Shown: positions 9,396 to 18,579 of the stretch, piece by piece
Layout: the number at the start of each line of letters is the position of its first letter
Position numbering within the stretch: the stretch's first letter is position 1
Source of the DNA: Anaerohalosphaeraceae bacterium
GTDB lineage: Bacteria; Planctomycetota; Phycisphaerae; Sedimentisphaerales; Anaerohalosphaeraceae
DNA length: 47,840 nucleotides
Direction: 5' to 3'
Assembly (NCBI GenBank): GCA_050309605.1
Contig: JBNRMN010000023.1
Location: forward strand, 1-47,840
Made by a program: the position numbers and the translations under genes
Notes under the pieces: generated by a model
What the model saw: only the letters and a program-made list of their open reading frames with translations
Told to the model about the DNA's origin: nothing
Database searches by the model: none

Positions 9396-9478
9396 TTGAG
9401 TTTCACCGTTGATACAACGACGAAAACATATTACCCTGGATTTAATACAATCCGCCTGTGCCTGTCAGGAGGTTACAA

Positions 9479-11050
9479 ATGCGTCCTCGTGATGTTAAAT
9501 TACTATTTCAAACCACCCTTTCGCTGTGTCGTTATATCAAGCCTCCCTTGACGTCACAGGAGGCGTTCAACGCCGTCAAAAAGCGAATGGAAAGCCGAGA
9601 CCAGAACTTCCTGCAAGTTGCAAGGGAGCTTATATACGCTTACCCTGACAATCCCTATCGTAAGCTTCTACTGTGGGCTGGGTGTCAGTACGGCGACCTT
9701 GAGGCCCACGTCCGACGCCATGGACTTGAGCCGACGCTCAATGTGCTAAGGGATGCAGGTGTTTATGTGTCGCTGGAGGAATTCAAGTCACATATTCCGA
9801 TTTGCCGAAAAGGGTTGACAATAGAATCATCCGTGTCGGATTTTGACAACCCCAGTGCCCGGCAAGCCAGTATCCAGGGCTCTACCAGCGGCAGCCGTTC
9901 CAAGGGCGTTCAGGTTGCTTATACCTGGGATTTTCTGTCTGAAGAGGCGGCTAATGAGTTATTGTTTTATCAAGGCCACGGATTGCTGGACGCCCCCCTT
10001 GCATTTTGGCTGCCGATGCTGCCGTGTGTGTCGGGGGTTCACAATCTGCTTATGAATATCAAGTATCATAAGATACCTGAGAGGTGGTTTTCTCAGCTCC
10101 AGACGCCAAACATAAATGTTTCTCGTCAGAATCGCACCGCCGTGAATAACCTTCTGTTGTCCTGTCGTCTGTTAGGATACCCTGTCCCTCAACCGGAGTT
10201 TGTGGGCATGGATGAAGCCGAAAAGGTTGCACTCTGGATGAATGCGGCGGCGAAAAAAAACGGATCCTGTGTGGTGCGCACTTATGCAAGTTCTGCAGTT
10301 AGGCTTGTTCAGGCGGCGATTGACAACGGCATCGATATTTCCGGAAATGTGGTATTCACCGGAGCAGAACCGTTAACCCCGCAGCGGGCATCTTACATCC
10401 GATCTGCTGGAGTAAAGCCTTTGACCCGATACGTTGCCGCCGAGACTGGCCTGATAGGGGGTTCCTGCATAGATGGCAATCATTGCGATGATATGCATAT
10501 TTATCTGGATCGACATGCGATTACCCAAAGGCGACGCAATACAACGATCGGCAATCATGCCGTTGACAGTTATCTGTTTACCTCTCTGCTGAAAACTGCC
10601 GGTAAATTAATGTTCAATACGGAGCTGGGAGATTTTGGACAATTTACTGTACGCCCTTGCAGTTGTGTGTTTGGACAACTGGGGATGAATGTACATGTCG
10701 CACAGGTTCGCAGTTACGATAAGTTGACCTGTGAAGGAATAACGCTGTTGGGATCAGAACTTGAGGCAGTCGTAGCTGAGGCTGTTCACGATGCTGGAGG
10801 CGGGCCTGATGATTATCAGTTCTGGGAGACACAAGATAATAGAGGGATCGCTCGATTAATCATCGCAGTCAGCCCCGACATAAGCGGACTGGATGAAAAG
10901 CGGTTCGTTGAGACGGTTTTGAATAAACTCCGCACCAAAAATATCACCCTGACTTCTCAGTTCTGGGAACAGGCAAATACGCTCCAGTTGGTTCGGGCTA
11001 AACCAGTGTACACTCAAGGCTGCAAACTGATGCCGATATCAAAAAAATAG
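9479..11050 (+). CDS. Phenylacetate-CoA ligase/CapK-like adenylate-forming enzyme
   Basis: P-loop GSTSGSRSKG, GAEPL, YVAAETG, ELGDFG, PCSC; AGGAGG RBS before ATG 9479. Confidence 0.75.
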   Translation: MRPRDVKLLFQTTLSLCRYIKPPLTSQEAFNAVKKRMESRDQNFLQVARELIYAYPDNPYRKLLLWAGCQYGDLEAHVRRHGLEPTLNVLRDAGVYVSLEEFKSHIPICRKGLTIESSVSDFDNPSARQASIQGSTSGSRSKGVQVAYTWDFLSEEAANELLFYQGHGLLDAPLAFWLPMLPCVSGVHNLLMNIKYHKIPERWFSQLQTPNINVSRQNRTAVNNLLLSCRLLGYPVPQPEFVGMDEAEKVALWMNAAAKKNGSCVVRTYASSAVRLVQAAIDNGIDISGNVVFTGAEPLTPQRASYIRSAGVKPLTRYVAAETGLIGGSCIDGNHCDDMHIYLDRHAITQRRRNTTIGNHAVDSYLFTSLLKTAGKLMFNTELGDFGQFTVRPCSCVFGQLGMNVHVAQVRSYDKLTCEGITLLGSELEAVVAEAVHDAGGGPDDYQFWETQDNRGIARLIIAVSPDISGLDEKRFVETVLNKLRTKNITLTSQFWEQANTLQLVRAKPVYTQGCKLMPISKK

Positions 11051-12163
11051 CGTTTCCCTGGATAGTTTTGTAATTTCAGTTTGCATCCGCTCAGCCATCC
11101 ACCCCATGACACGGTGTTGGTTGGGGGGATTCCACCAAATATTGCCCTCGATCAGACACGGACCATGGGCAGTGACCGCAATGTCCCATCCGATCGTGCG
11201 CACAGGCAATGCCGTCAGCGCGGCATGCCTGGCCATTTCACACACTTGCGTCCAATAGGGAATCACAAATCCTTCGAAAGGAATCCCGGAAACAGGGTGG
11301 ATGTCCACAAGGGTAATCCCTTTTCCGTCACCATCAAGATAGGAGGCTTGGGTAAGTGTTCCCTGAGAAACATCGATTAAAACCTCCAGATTTCCTTTAA
11401 GGTTATCTATATGGGTATCAATGACAACGTCCGGCTCGACAATGGTCTTGAAGAATGCCGACAATATCTCAACATGCCCCGTTACGGTGACAAGGGTAAT
11501 AATCCGGACGGTTTGGAGGCCGGCCGCTTTGCTGAATGATGTAATCTCCGGGTGGTTTTCGATTACCTCCTGTAACAGAGTGCCGACAGGACTTGTCTTT
11601 TCCAAAAGCCTGACAAAACGGTCCTGCGTATAGACCTTGCCTTCATGATCTTCAAATCCAGCCGGAGTTCGAGTTATAATCTTAACACCGTCGCCCAGTG
11701 AACCCTTGACAGGTTTGATTACAAAACGTCGGGGCAACGAATCAAAAAAAATTTTTTTATCCGCCGCAACTCTCATAGTCTTATGTTGGATGGTATGAAG
11801 CATTTTACCATGAGCACTGAAAACGCCGTATAAGCGCGGTACGGGCAGCTCCTGGTCACAGCATTTTAGATAAAAAATAACTTTATTTTTAAACAGTTCG
11901 GCCAAACCGGGAGGATTGAGATGTTTCTGTATGCGTGTTGTCTGCTTTCGACTCAGGAACGTGTTCCGTTCAGTCGTGCTGAGTTTGGAGTAGAACATAC
12001 CCAGCCGAAAGGCTTCAATCGGCTCATAACCGAATTGACGCGAAAGCCGAAGAAAACGCAACGTTGTTGGAAATACCGACAGGCGCCATCCCTGACGCCT
12101 GAGGGCAAGCTTGGCTGCTATCAACGTATTTCTGGACTTCTTGATCATTCTTTTCAGTCCCAC
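11039..12163 (-). CDS. Sugar-transfer-associated ATP-grasp protein
   Basis: KNK, FVIKPVKGSLGDG, LLQEVIENHP, TVRIIT, HPVSG, IGWDIAVT, LIEGN motifs; AGGAGG RBS before GTG. Confidence 0.85.
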   Translation of the reverse strand: MGLKRMIKKSRNTLIAAKLALRRQGWRLSVFPTTLRFLRLSRQFGYEPIEAFRLGMFYSKLSTTERNTFLSRKQTTRIQKHLNPPGLAELFKNKVIFYLKCCDQELPVPRLYGVFSAHGKMLHTIQHKTMRVAADKKIFFDSLPRRFVIKPVKGSLGDGVKIITRTPAGFEDHEGKVYTQDRFVRLLEKTSPVGTLLQEVIENHPEITSFSKAAGLQTVRIITLVTVTGHVEILSAFFKTIVEPDVVIDTHIDNLKGNLEVLIDVSQGTLTQASYLDGDGKGITLVDIHPVSGIPFEGFVIPYWTQVCEMARHAALTALPVRTIGWDIAVTAHGPCLIEGNIWWNPPNQHRVMGWMAERMQTEITKLSRETLFF

Positions 12164-12362
12164 TATTCGCCTCCTGTTTGATTGTCAAAAGGTCAGTGCT
12201 CAAATTGCCGCATAACAGCGACCAATTATCTATAAAAAGCGGACTTTTGAAAGCGGGAAGTTTATTTTCAATGTATCCTTTTAGAACCTCATTGATTGAA
12301 TCGGGAGAGAGGATTATAATCCATTGAAAAAGCAATAATACACATTAGACAGCAGTGGTTGG

Positions 12363-13469
12363 ATGACCTTAAACAGGATATTATACATTGCAAGAGGCGG
12401 CCTGATTTCGGGCAGCCAGCGTCAGCTTCTGAATCTGTTGGCACGTTTGGACCGCAAACAATATGAGCCTTTAGTAATATGTTCAGAAGGCGGCGATTTC
12501 TCCGAGAGGCTTAATGACATGGGCATTGAGACCCAGATTTACCCCTCTTTTTATGGTTGGCGCAAACCCCGCTTCCTACTGCATCGTTACTTCCTGAGAG
12601 CTGCTTTGCTTCGACCGTTGACCGAACGGCAAATTCACCTTATTCATTGTTCATATCAGTGGTATGCCCCTTACTGTCGTTATCTGGCAAGACGACTGAA
12701 GTGTCCCTACTTAATTCACATTCGCGGGCCAATTAATCGTTCAGCGATGTGGAAGTATCGCTTTGATAGCGCTGATCACGTCATCAGCATCTCTCCGAGA
12801 AGCCAAAAAGACCTTATTGGCGCAGGAATTTGCCCAACAAAGGTCTCTGTGGTCTATGATAGTATCGACACGGAATTGTTTCGACCCCAGTCGCCAGCAT
12901 CACAGCGTTTTGGTAAGAATGGTGATTTTGTATTTGGCATGGTCGGCCGCGTTGAACCGGCCAAATGTCAGTTAGAGTTTGTTAAAGCTGCTCGCATTAT
13001 TGCTTCCCGGCACACGAATGTCAGGTTTGTTGTGGTTGGACAGCCACGCAATAATGACTATGCACAACAAGTTAAACAACTGATCAAAGACTCTGATCTC
13101 TCTGATTGTGTTGTTCTCTACGGATACTGTGATCAGATGTCGAACACATTAAGCGGCTTTGACGTACTGGTCAGTCTTTCAGGGGGATCGGTCATGTATG
13201 AGGCAATGGCGTGCGGGGTGCCGATTCTGTCAGCGGGATTTACGCGTAAAGAGGATGCTGTGCATGTGATTCATGGCCATAACGCATTTCTCGTGGAGAG
13301 CCGGGACCCCGACCATATTGCTCAAGCGATGGAAAAAATGCTTCTTGACAGCCGTTACACCCATGCCCTTGCGGCAAATACGCGATCTCATGTCCTCAGT
13401 CACCTGACTGACAAACGAATGGCAACCCAAATACAATCTGTTTACGCTCAGCTTATCGGCCGACGTTAA
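12363..13469 (+). CDS. GT4 (GT-B fold) glycosyltransferase
   Basis: SGSQRQLLNL, MVGRVEPAKCQ, YEAMACGVP, HGHNAFLV. Confidence 0.9.
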   Translation: MTLNRILYIARGGLISGSQRQLLNLLARLDRKQYEPLVICSEGGDFSERLNDMGIETQIYPSFYGWRKPRFLLHRYFLRAALLRPLTERQIHLIHCSYQWYAPYCRYLARRLKCPYLIHIRGPINRSAMWKYRFDSADHVISISPRSQKDLIGAGICPTKVSVVYDSIDTELFRPQSPASQRFGKNGDFVFGMVGRVEPAKCQLEFVKAARIIASRHTNVRFVVVGQPRNNDYAQQVKQLIKDSDLSDCVVLYGYCDQMSNTLSGFDVLVSLSGGSVMYEAMACGVPILSAGFTRKEDAVHVIHGHNAFLVESRDPDHIAQAMEKMLLDSRYTHALAANTRSHVLSHLTDKRMATQIQSVYAQLIGRR

Positions 13470-13496
13470 CCAATTGTCATCTCTGACGAACCTAAA

Positions 13497-13877
13497 ATGG
13501 ACAAGGAACAAAAATTCGGTCATGTAACGCTGGGAAACAGGCAAATCCTGGCCCTGCTGGCCGGCATGCTGAGATCGTCTTTGCGGATGGCATATCGCCA
13601 ATCAGGATGTGCAATGACCTGTGTCGGTGTTGTTGATGCGTATGCGGCGCCCCAAAGCGATTCAGATGGTCTTATTGCGATTTCTGGCCGACGCGAAGAC
13701 ACCAATGAGGCGGAACGTCCGGTTTGTGTACAGCTGGTCGGCAAAGTCCCTTCGCCAATGGGCAAATCCCTTCAAGTTCTACAGGCATCGACGCCATGCG
13801 TTTTAAGAATGCGAGAGTACATGAAAAAACTCATCTATGGCACGGCCTCATTAAATCGGAAAGCCCAAAAAAGATAA
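13497..13877 (+). CDS. Hypothetical protein, possibly a degraded gene
   Basis: 126-aa ORF filling the gap between GT4 and the radical SAM gene; no clear motif. Confidence 0.35.
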   Translation: MDKEQKFGHVTLGNRQILALLAGMLRSSLRMAYRQSGCAMTCVGVVDAYAAPQSDSDGLIAISGRREDTNEAERPVCVQLVGKVPSPMGKSLQVLQASTPCVLRMREYMKKLIYGTASLNRKAQKR

Positions 13878-13884
13878 TAATTAA

Positions 13885-14946
13885 ATGAATAAGCACAAAG
13901 CAAGCTCTGGCCTTACAGGCTCAACCTCTGCACGGTTAAAGTGTTTGAAAACCTTTTTCCGCGAACGCATTTTGAAACAAGTTAAGGTGAAATTTCTTTA
14001 TCTGGAAGTTACCCACCGCTGCAATCTCGACTGCATTACCTGCTATACCGGTGCAGGCAAGGAGAAAAAAGACGCCTTGACTTTTGAGGAACAGAAATCT
14101 GTGATTCGCCAAGCAAAAGATATGGGAGCAAAATCCGTATCTTTAAGCGGCAGCGGTGAACCCTTGATGTACAAGCATCTTTTTGACTTAATCGATTATA
14201 TCCGTGACCTGGAAATGTCTGCACTTATTTTCACAAATGGGACCTTGATTGATGAGGCTGCCGCCGCTGAGCTGGTGTCACAAAAGGTACTAACGTTTTT
14301 CAAGCTTTACAGCCTCCAGCCGGAAATTTTCGACAGCATGGTCGGTCGCCACAACGCCTATCGGTGGGACACATACCGATACACAGTTAATGGGCAAGAA
14401 AAATCACAAATAATTCCGTCCGGCCTGAAGGCCCTGCTTGAGGCCCAGCAATCAGTAGGCCGGTCAGATTTGGTCAAAGTGGAAACCTTGATTACAAAAA
14501 TAAACATTGAGACTATCCCGCAGATTGCACGGTTGTGCAAAGAGATCAACATCGAATTATTTATGGAAACACCCGTTTTCAAAGGAAAGGCAATCCGGAA
14601 TTATGAGCAGATTGCAGTCAGTGCCGCGGCCTATCAAACGCTCTATCAAGCGCTTGCTGCCATTTATGGAGACCAGTACCTGCTCGCCCATAAAAGTGGT
14701 TCATGTTCTGTTGAAAAGAACCCCGTGATCTGGACAGACGGCTGTATCGGACTGTGCAGCAGCCGTTCCGCTGATATTGGCAATGTTCGCGACGAACCAT
14801 TGAAGACTCTCTATTTGAAAGCGAAACAAATCAAGAAAAAAGAAGATCAATGTATTTCCCGGCAGGCACAAGAAGGGCGTTTTTTTCGCACCTGTCCATC
14901 GCGACAGTTATGTGAACTCAACAATAATTTGCCATGTGACTACTGA
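13885..14946 (+). CDS. Radical SAM protein with a C-terminal SPASM/twitch-like Cys motif
   Basis: CNLDCITC, SGSGEPL, IFTNGTL; C-terminal SC...DGCIGLC...IGNV...CPSR. Confidence 0.92.
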   Translation: MNKHKASSGLTGSTSARLKCLKTFFRERILKQVKVKFLYLEVTHRCNLDCITCYTGAGKEKKDALTFEEQKSVIRQAKDMGAKSVSLSGSGEPLMYKHLFDLIDYIRDLEMSALIFTNGTLIDEAAAAELVSQKVLTFFKLYSLQPEIFDSMVGRHNAYRWDTYRYTVNGQEKSQIIPSGLKALLEAQQSVGRSDLVKVETLITKINIETIPQIARLCKEINIELFMETPVFKGKAIRNYEQIAVSAAAYQTLYQALAAIYGDQYLLAHKSGSCSVEKNPVIWTDGCIGLCSSRSADIGNVRDEPLKTLYLKAKQIKKKEDQCISRQAQEGRFFRTCPSRQLCELNNNLPCDY

Positions 14947-15197
14947 TAGAACATGCCTGCTTTTGAAAACATTGATCTCAAAAAATCATCCAAACACAAA
15001 AACCACTCCCAACGCCCCTGTCAAGGGTGCCGGCAGTGGGCTGCCATTAACCTGTCCGGATTGTTCATTCGTATTGATCATGTAATTCTTTAATCAGTCG
15101 ATTCTTAAAGACTCGGAATACTCACACTCTTCTCCTGCCGGCCAACATCGTTTCGAGGGCGAGGAGGGAGAAGTCGATTGCTATACTGCTGCTCCTC

Positions 15198-17105
15198 TTA
15201 TCGGAACGTTGTAGTGAAAAGTATCTCTATCTCAGCATCTTTATCCACGACATAAGGAATCCCGTCTTCATTGGTTGACCAGATGGCGTGATTGACAGTC
15301 ACCTCCATTTCATACTGGGTATTCCGTGACAGATTCAACGGTCCGGCAGTGGTCACGGTGCAGGGCAGACCCTCGATTTCACCGCTGACCCCCCCGGACG
15401 CTTCATTACGAGGAAACCACTCGATGCCGTACGTCCAGTTGGGCTGCGGATTTTCCAACGCCAAATCAATATCAATACTCAGCGGAATCCTTGTGGCATT
15501 GTGCAGCGGCTGTCCTTGATAGGTGACCATCGGTACACGGTCAACCGGCGGGATCGGACTGCCGTCTTCCAAAGCAAACAGAATCGAGGTGGATTGCGAG
15601 GCTCCGTTTGCATAGAACACCGTAAACGTATATTCTCCATCCGTAAAGTCGGCGAGATCATCTAATGAGTAAGACCCTACCCCGATACCCAGCCAGATTT
15701 CATCGTCATCGTAATCCCACTCTGCCTGATAGACAGCGCCGCCGGGCGTTTCAACCGTTCCGCCAACCACGGTATCATCCACCCGCATCCATGCATCGAA
15801 TTCATATTCTTCCGGCTCACTGCTTGTATAGCCCTCACCGAAATCATAGGACAGGCTCATCTCAATTTCAAAGACGTGGTCGCTGATAGAGCCTTGTTTG
15901 AGCCAGTTGTCGGCAAGGAGCAGTAAGTCCTCAATCCCCACATCACCGGACCGGTCAATATCAGCACCATCACACCAATCGGAAGCGACACACCCGTTCA
16001 TCAACCATCGTGCCGCGAGTATCTGGAAATCGTACATATTTACGCTGTCGTCACCATTGAGGTCGGGTGAACCTGAATCGATCAAGCGATAGGCAAAAAC
16101 GGTAGCTTGTGCAGGTTCATCTTCCTCTTCGCACCCCCCAACCACGTAAATGACATTATTGGACACAAGGGTAAGATGGCTTTCCCGTGTCTGAGGCAGC
16201 GCAGGGCCGGACTGCCAGCTTTTGTTATCGATATCAAAGAGGGTCAATTTATCGCTTGCCTCAAAATCAAATGTCTGCAAGTCTCCCACTACTCCGCCGG
16301 CGAGATAGGCTTTGCCGTTTACGACAGGCATTTGTGTGGCATACGGATAAAATCTAACGGCCTCCGGCGAGGCTGTGCAGTAGTTGTGTATCCATTCTCC
16401 TGTTTCAAAATTATAGGCCATGACGTCGTCATTAAACTCAAATGTATCCAAATCAATCCCGCCAATAAAATAAGCAGAATTATCATGAACAGCGATGGCC
16501 ATACCAAAAATCAACTTTGGCATTTCTCCGGCAGAGTTCCACTGGTCTGTTGCAGGATCATAGACTTCAACGAGCTTGTAATCGATTTCATCACTTGCCC
16601 CATCGTTATTGAAATACCCGCCGAATAGATAGATCTTGTGGTCATATGTCACGGCAACGGACGCGGCCGTTGTCGTAGGTTTTTTGGCCAACGTCGTCCA
16701 TGTGTCCGTAGCCGGATCATACATCTGATTATAATTAAAGACCCCATAATAGCCGTTCACGGGATCCTCAAATCCGCCATACGCTCCAAAGACATAGAAT
16801 TTGCCATCGAGAGCAACACCGGTCAACTCCTCAACACCTTCTGGATGACTCCATGGATGTTCATAGTGCGGATTGTCGGCGATACTCGACCATGTGTCTG
16901 TGGCGATATTATACTTTTCGCCTGTATAAAGGTTAAATCCTGTTGGGTCATTGCCCCCAAATACAAATATCTCATTGCCATTCACGCATCCTGCAAACTG
17001 ATCGCGGGCGGTCTGCATACTGGAAAGCTGGGTCCAGCCGTCATTTGCCGCACAGATTGATGCTGTCGCCAACACGATTAATGTTATTAATGTTTTCTTC
17101 ATCAT
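15198..17105 (-). CDS. Secreted Kelch-repeat protein with an internal dockerin-like pair and an unknown C-terminal domain
   Basis: Signal peptide MMKKTLITLIVLATASICAA; six Kelch repeats (IFVFGG...YNIATDTW etc.); DLNGDDSVNMYDF and DIDRSGDVGIEDL. Confidence 0.88.
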   Translation of the reverse strand: MMKKTLITLIVLATASICAANDGWTQLSSMQTARDQFAGCVNGNEIFVFGGNDPTGFNLYTGEKYNIATDTWSSIADNPHYEHPWSHPEGVEELTGVALDGKFYVFGAYGGFEDPVNGYYGVFNYNQMYDPATDTWTTLAKKPTTTAASVAVTYDHKIYLFGGYFNNDGASDEIDYKLVEVYDPATDQWNSAGEMPKLIFGMAIAVHDNSAYFIGGIDLDTFEFNDDVMAYNFETGEWIHNYCTASPEAVRFYPYATQMPVVNGKAYLAGGVVGDLQTFDFEASDKLTLFDIDNKSWQSGPALPQTRESHLTLVSNNVIYVVGGCEEEDEPAQATVFAYRLIDSGSPDLNGDDSVNMYDFQILAARWLMNGCVASDWCDGADIDRSGDVGIEDLLLLADNWLKQGSISDHVFEIEMSLSYDFGEGYTSSEPEEYEFDAWMRVDDTVVGGTVETPGGAVYQAEWDYDDDEIWLGIGVGSYSLDDLADFTDGEYTFTVFYANGASQSTSILFALEDGSPIPPVDRVPMVTYQGQPLHNATRIPLSIDIDLALENPQPNWTYGIEWFPRNEASGGVSGEIEGLPCTVTTAGPLNLSRNTQYEMEVTVNHAIWSTNEDGIPYVVDKDAEIEILFTTTFR

Positions 17106-17133
17106 ATCTCTCCAGTTTCCAAAAGAGTTGTAC

Positions 17134-17949
17134 TTATCGTGCTTCCAGCCAGTGTGAAAACAGAACCGCCATATCCGCCAAATCAATGATGCCATCTTCA
17201 TTGAAATCGAGAGAATATTTTACAGTGAAATCATGCTTATCCCCAGAAACAAAAAAGACCAGGGCAGCATCCCAGTCAATCGCAGGCCCGCTCACGTGGG
17301 CCAGTTGGGTCAGCATCTGAGTGTTGAATAAAAAATATCCAATCTTTGCATAGGCGTCTCCCAGTTCAAGCCACCCAGGTCGCCATTCAGTCAGAGACTT
17401 GTCGTCATAAAAAGATAACATTGAAAAATGGAAAAAGTCCTCACCTGTTATTTCCAACGCTAATGCATGAGCATATTGATGTGCATCGTAGGATTCCCAC
17501 CGCATAACATAATCTTGGGCAATCACATTCGAGGCTTTCTGTGCAGGTTCGATGATAGTTGGTACCGGCAAGAAGTTGTCGTCTTCAATAGTGCCAACAA
17601 TAACAAAGGTGTATTTGCTTTCAGATTCATCATCATAAATGAGTTGGAACTCCCACAAACCAACGCTCTGATTTTGAAGTTCAATTAACGACATCGGGGG
17701 CATCCGAAAATCCCATGCATCCATCCATTGAAACCATTCTGCGGGAGCATAATCTTCCATTGCAGGTCCTTTAACATAACAGGCTTTGGTGAATGGGATG
17801 TCCGGCACTGTAACTCGAACCGTAATTGAATAGTGATCATCAGTAGGCTCATGGGGATTGACCTTTACGGCCTGCCAATAAATTCGATTCTCAGCAAAAC
17901 AAACAGAAGCAAACAGTAAAAACAAGGCAAGAGTCAAATACTTCACCAT
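17134..17949 (-). CDS. Secreted protein with a C-terminal dockerin-like motif
   Basis: Signal peptide MVKYLTLALFLLFASVCFA after a GGAGG RBS; DFNEDGIIDLADMAVLFSHWL at the C-terminus. Confidence 0.85.
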   Translation of the reverse strand: MVKYLTLALFLLFASVCFAENRIYWQAVKVNPHEPTDDHYSITVRVTVPDIPFTKACYVKGPAMEDYAPAEWFQWMDAWDFRMPPMSLIELQNQSVGLWEFQLIYDDESESKYTFVIVGTIEDDNFLPVPTIIEPAQKASNVIAQDYVMRWESYDAHQYAHALALEITGEDFFHFSMLSFYDDKSLTEWRPGWLELGDAYAKIGYFLFNTQMLTQLAHVSGPAIDWDAALVFFVSGDKHDFTVKYSLDFNEDGIIDLADMAVLFSHWLEAR

Positions 17950-17980
17950 GATACCCTCCATTACAAAATAAGGTCATTAA

Positions 17981-18028
17981 ACACAAAAACCCACTGCCGG
18001 CACATGAACCGTGCCGAGCCAGTGGGTT
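17981..18028 (-). terminator. Terminator-like hairpin in the leader of the dockerin gene pair
   Basis: Minus strand AACCCACTGGCTCGGCAC-loop-GTGCCGGCAGTGGGTTTTTGTGT. Confidence 0.5.
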
Positions 18029-18415
18029 CTACTCTCCCAACCAAAATGTCTTGTTTTCTGCATCCCCAAACTTCCAATTATCAGCATCTATTATAGTCCC
18101 ATAAAAAAACAATACAATTAAAAACACTCCTGTTTCGAATAAAACTCATAAAAACCGCTATTTTTAGCCTAATAATCAACATTTCCCTGCTTATTTTCCC
18201 TTGAAATCAGCATCTTATTCCACATTCGCCTTGGTACCCTGAAGTATCGCTTCGCATTCTCCGATGTGGCGGTTTCGCAGGAAAATCACTCTTTTTGAAT
18301 TATGATGTGTGGTTTTGCATTTTAAGGAAAACGGAGGGCCAATCTACTAAAGAAACCATAACCTCTTGAATCAAAAAAACTTATAGATGAGACATTGGGG
18401 CACAAAAAAAAACAA

Positions 18416-18503
18416 CGGAGAGGGCGGGATTCGAACCCGCGGTAGGGACAAGCCCTACACAGCCTTTCCAAGGCTGCTCGATAAGCCACTCCGACACCTC
18501 TCC
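18416..18503 (-). tRNA. tRNA-Ser (GGA)
   Basis: GGAGAGGTGTCGGAGTGG...CAGCCTTGGAAAGGCTG, long variable arm, GGTTCGAATCC...CCTCTCCG. Confidence 0.97.
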
Positions 18504-18579
18504 ACGGCGGGGTGTATCTTATCAAAAAAACCGTATAAAAAAAGCGATTTTTCCGATAACGCCCCATCATCACTGAAAA

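Noticed and set aside
12024..12335. ORF containing KLPAFKSP, reminiscent of an AMP-binding C-terminus
   Set aside because: Match too short; overlaps the ATP-grasp gene and its divergent promoter region
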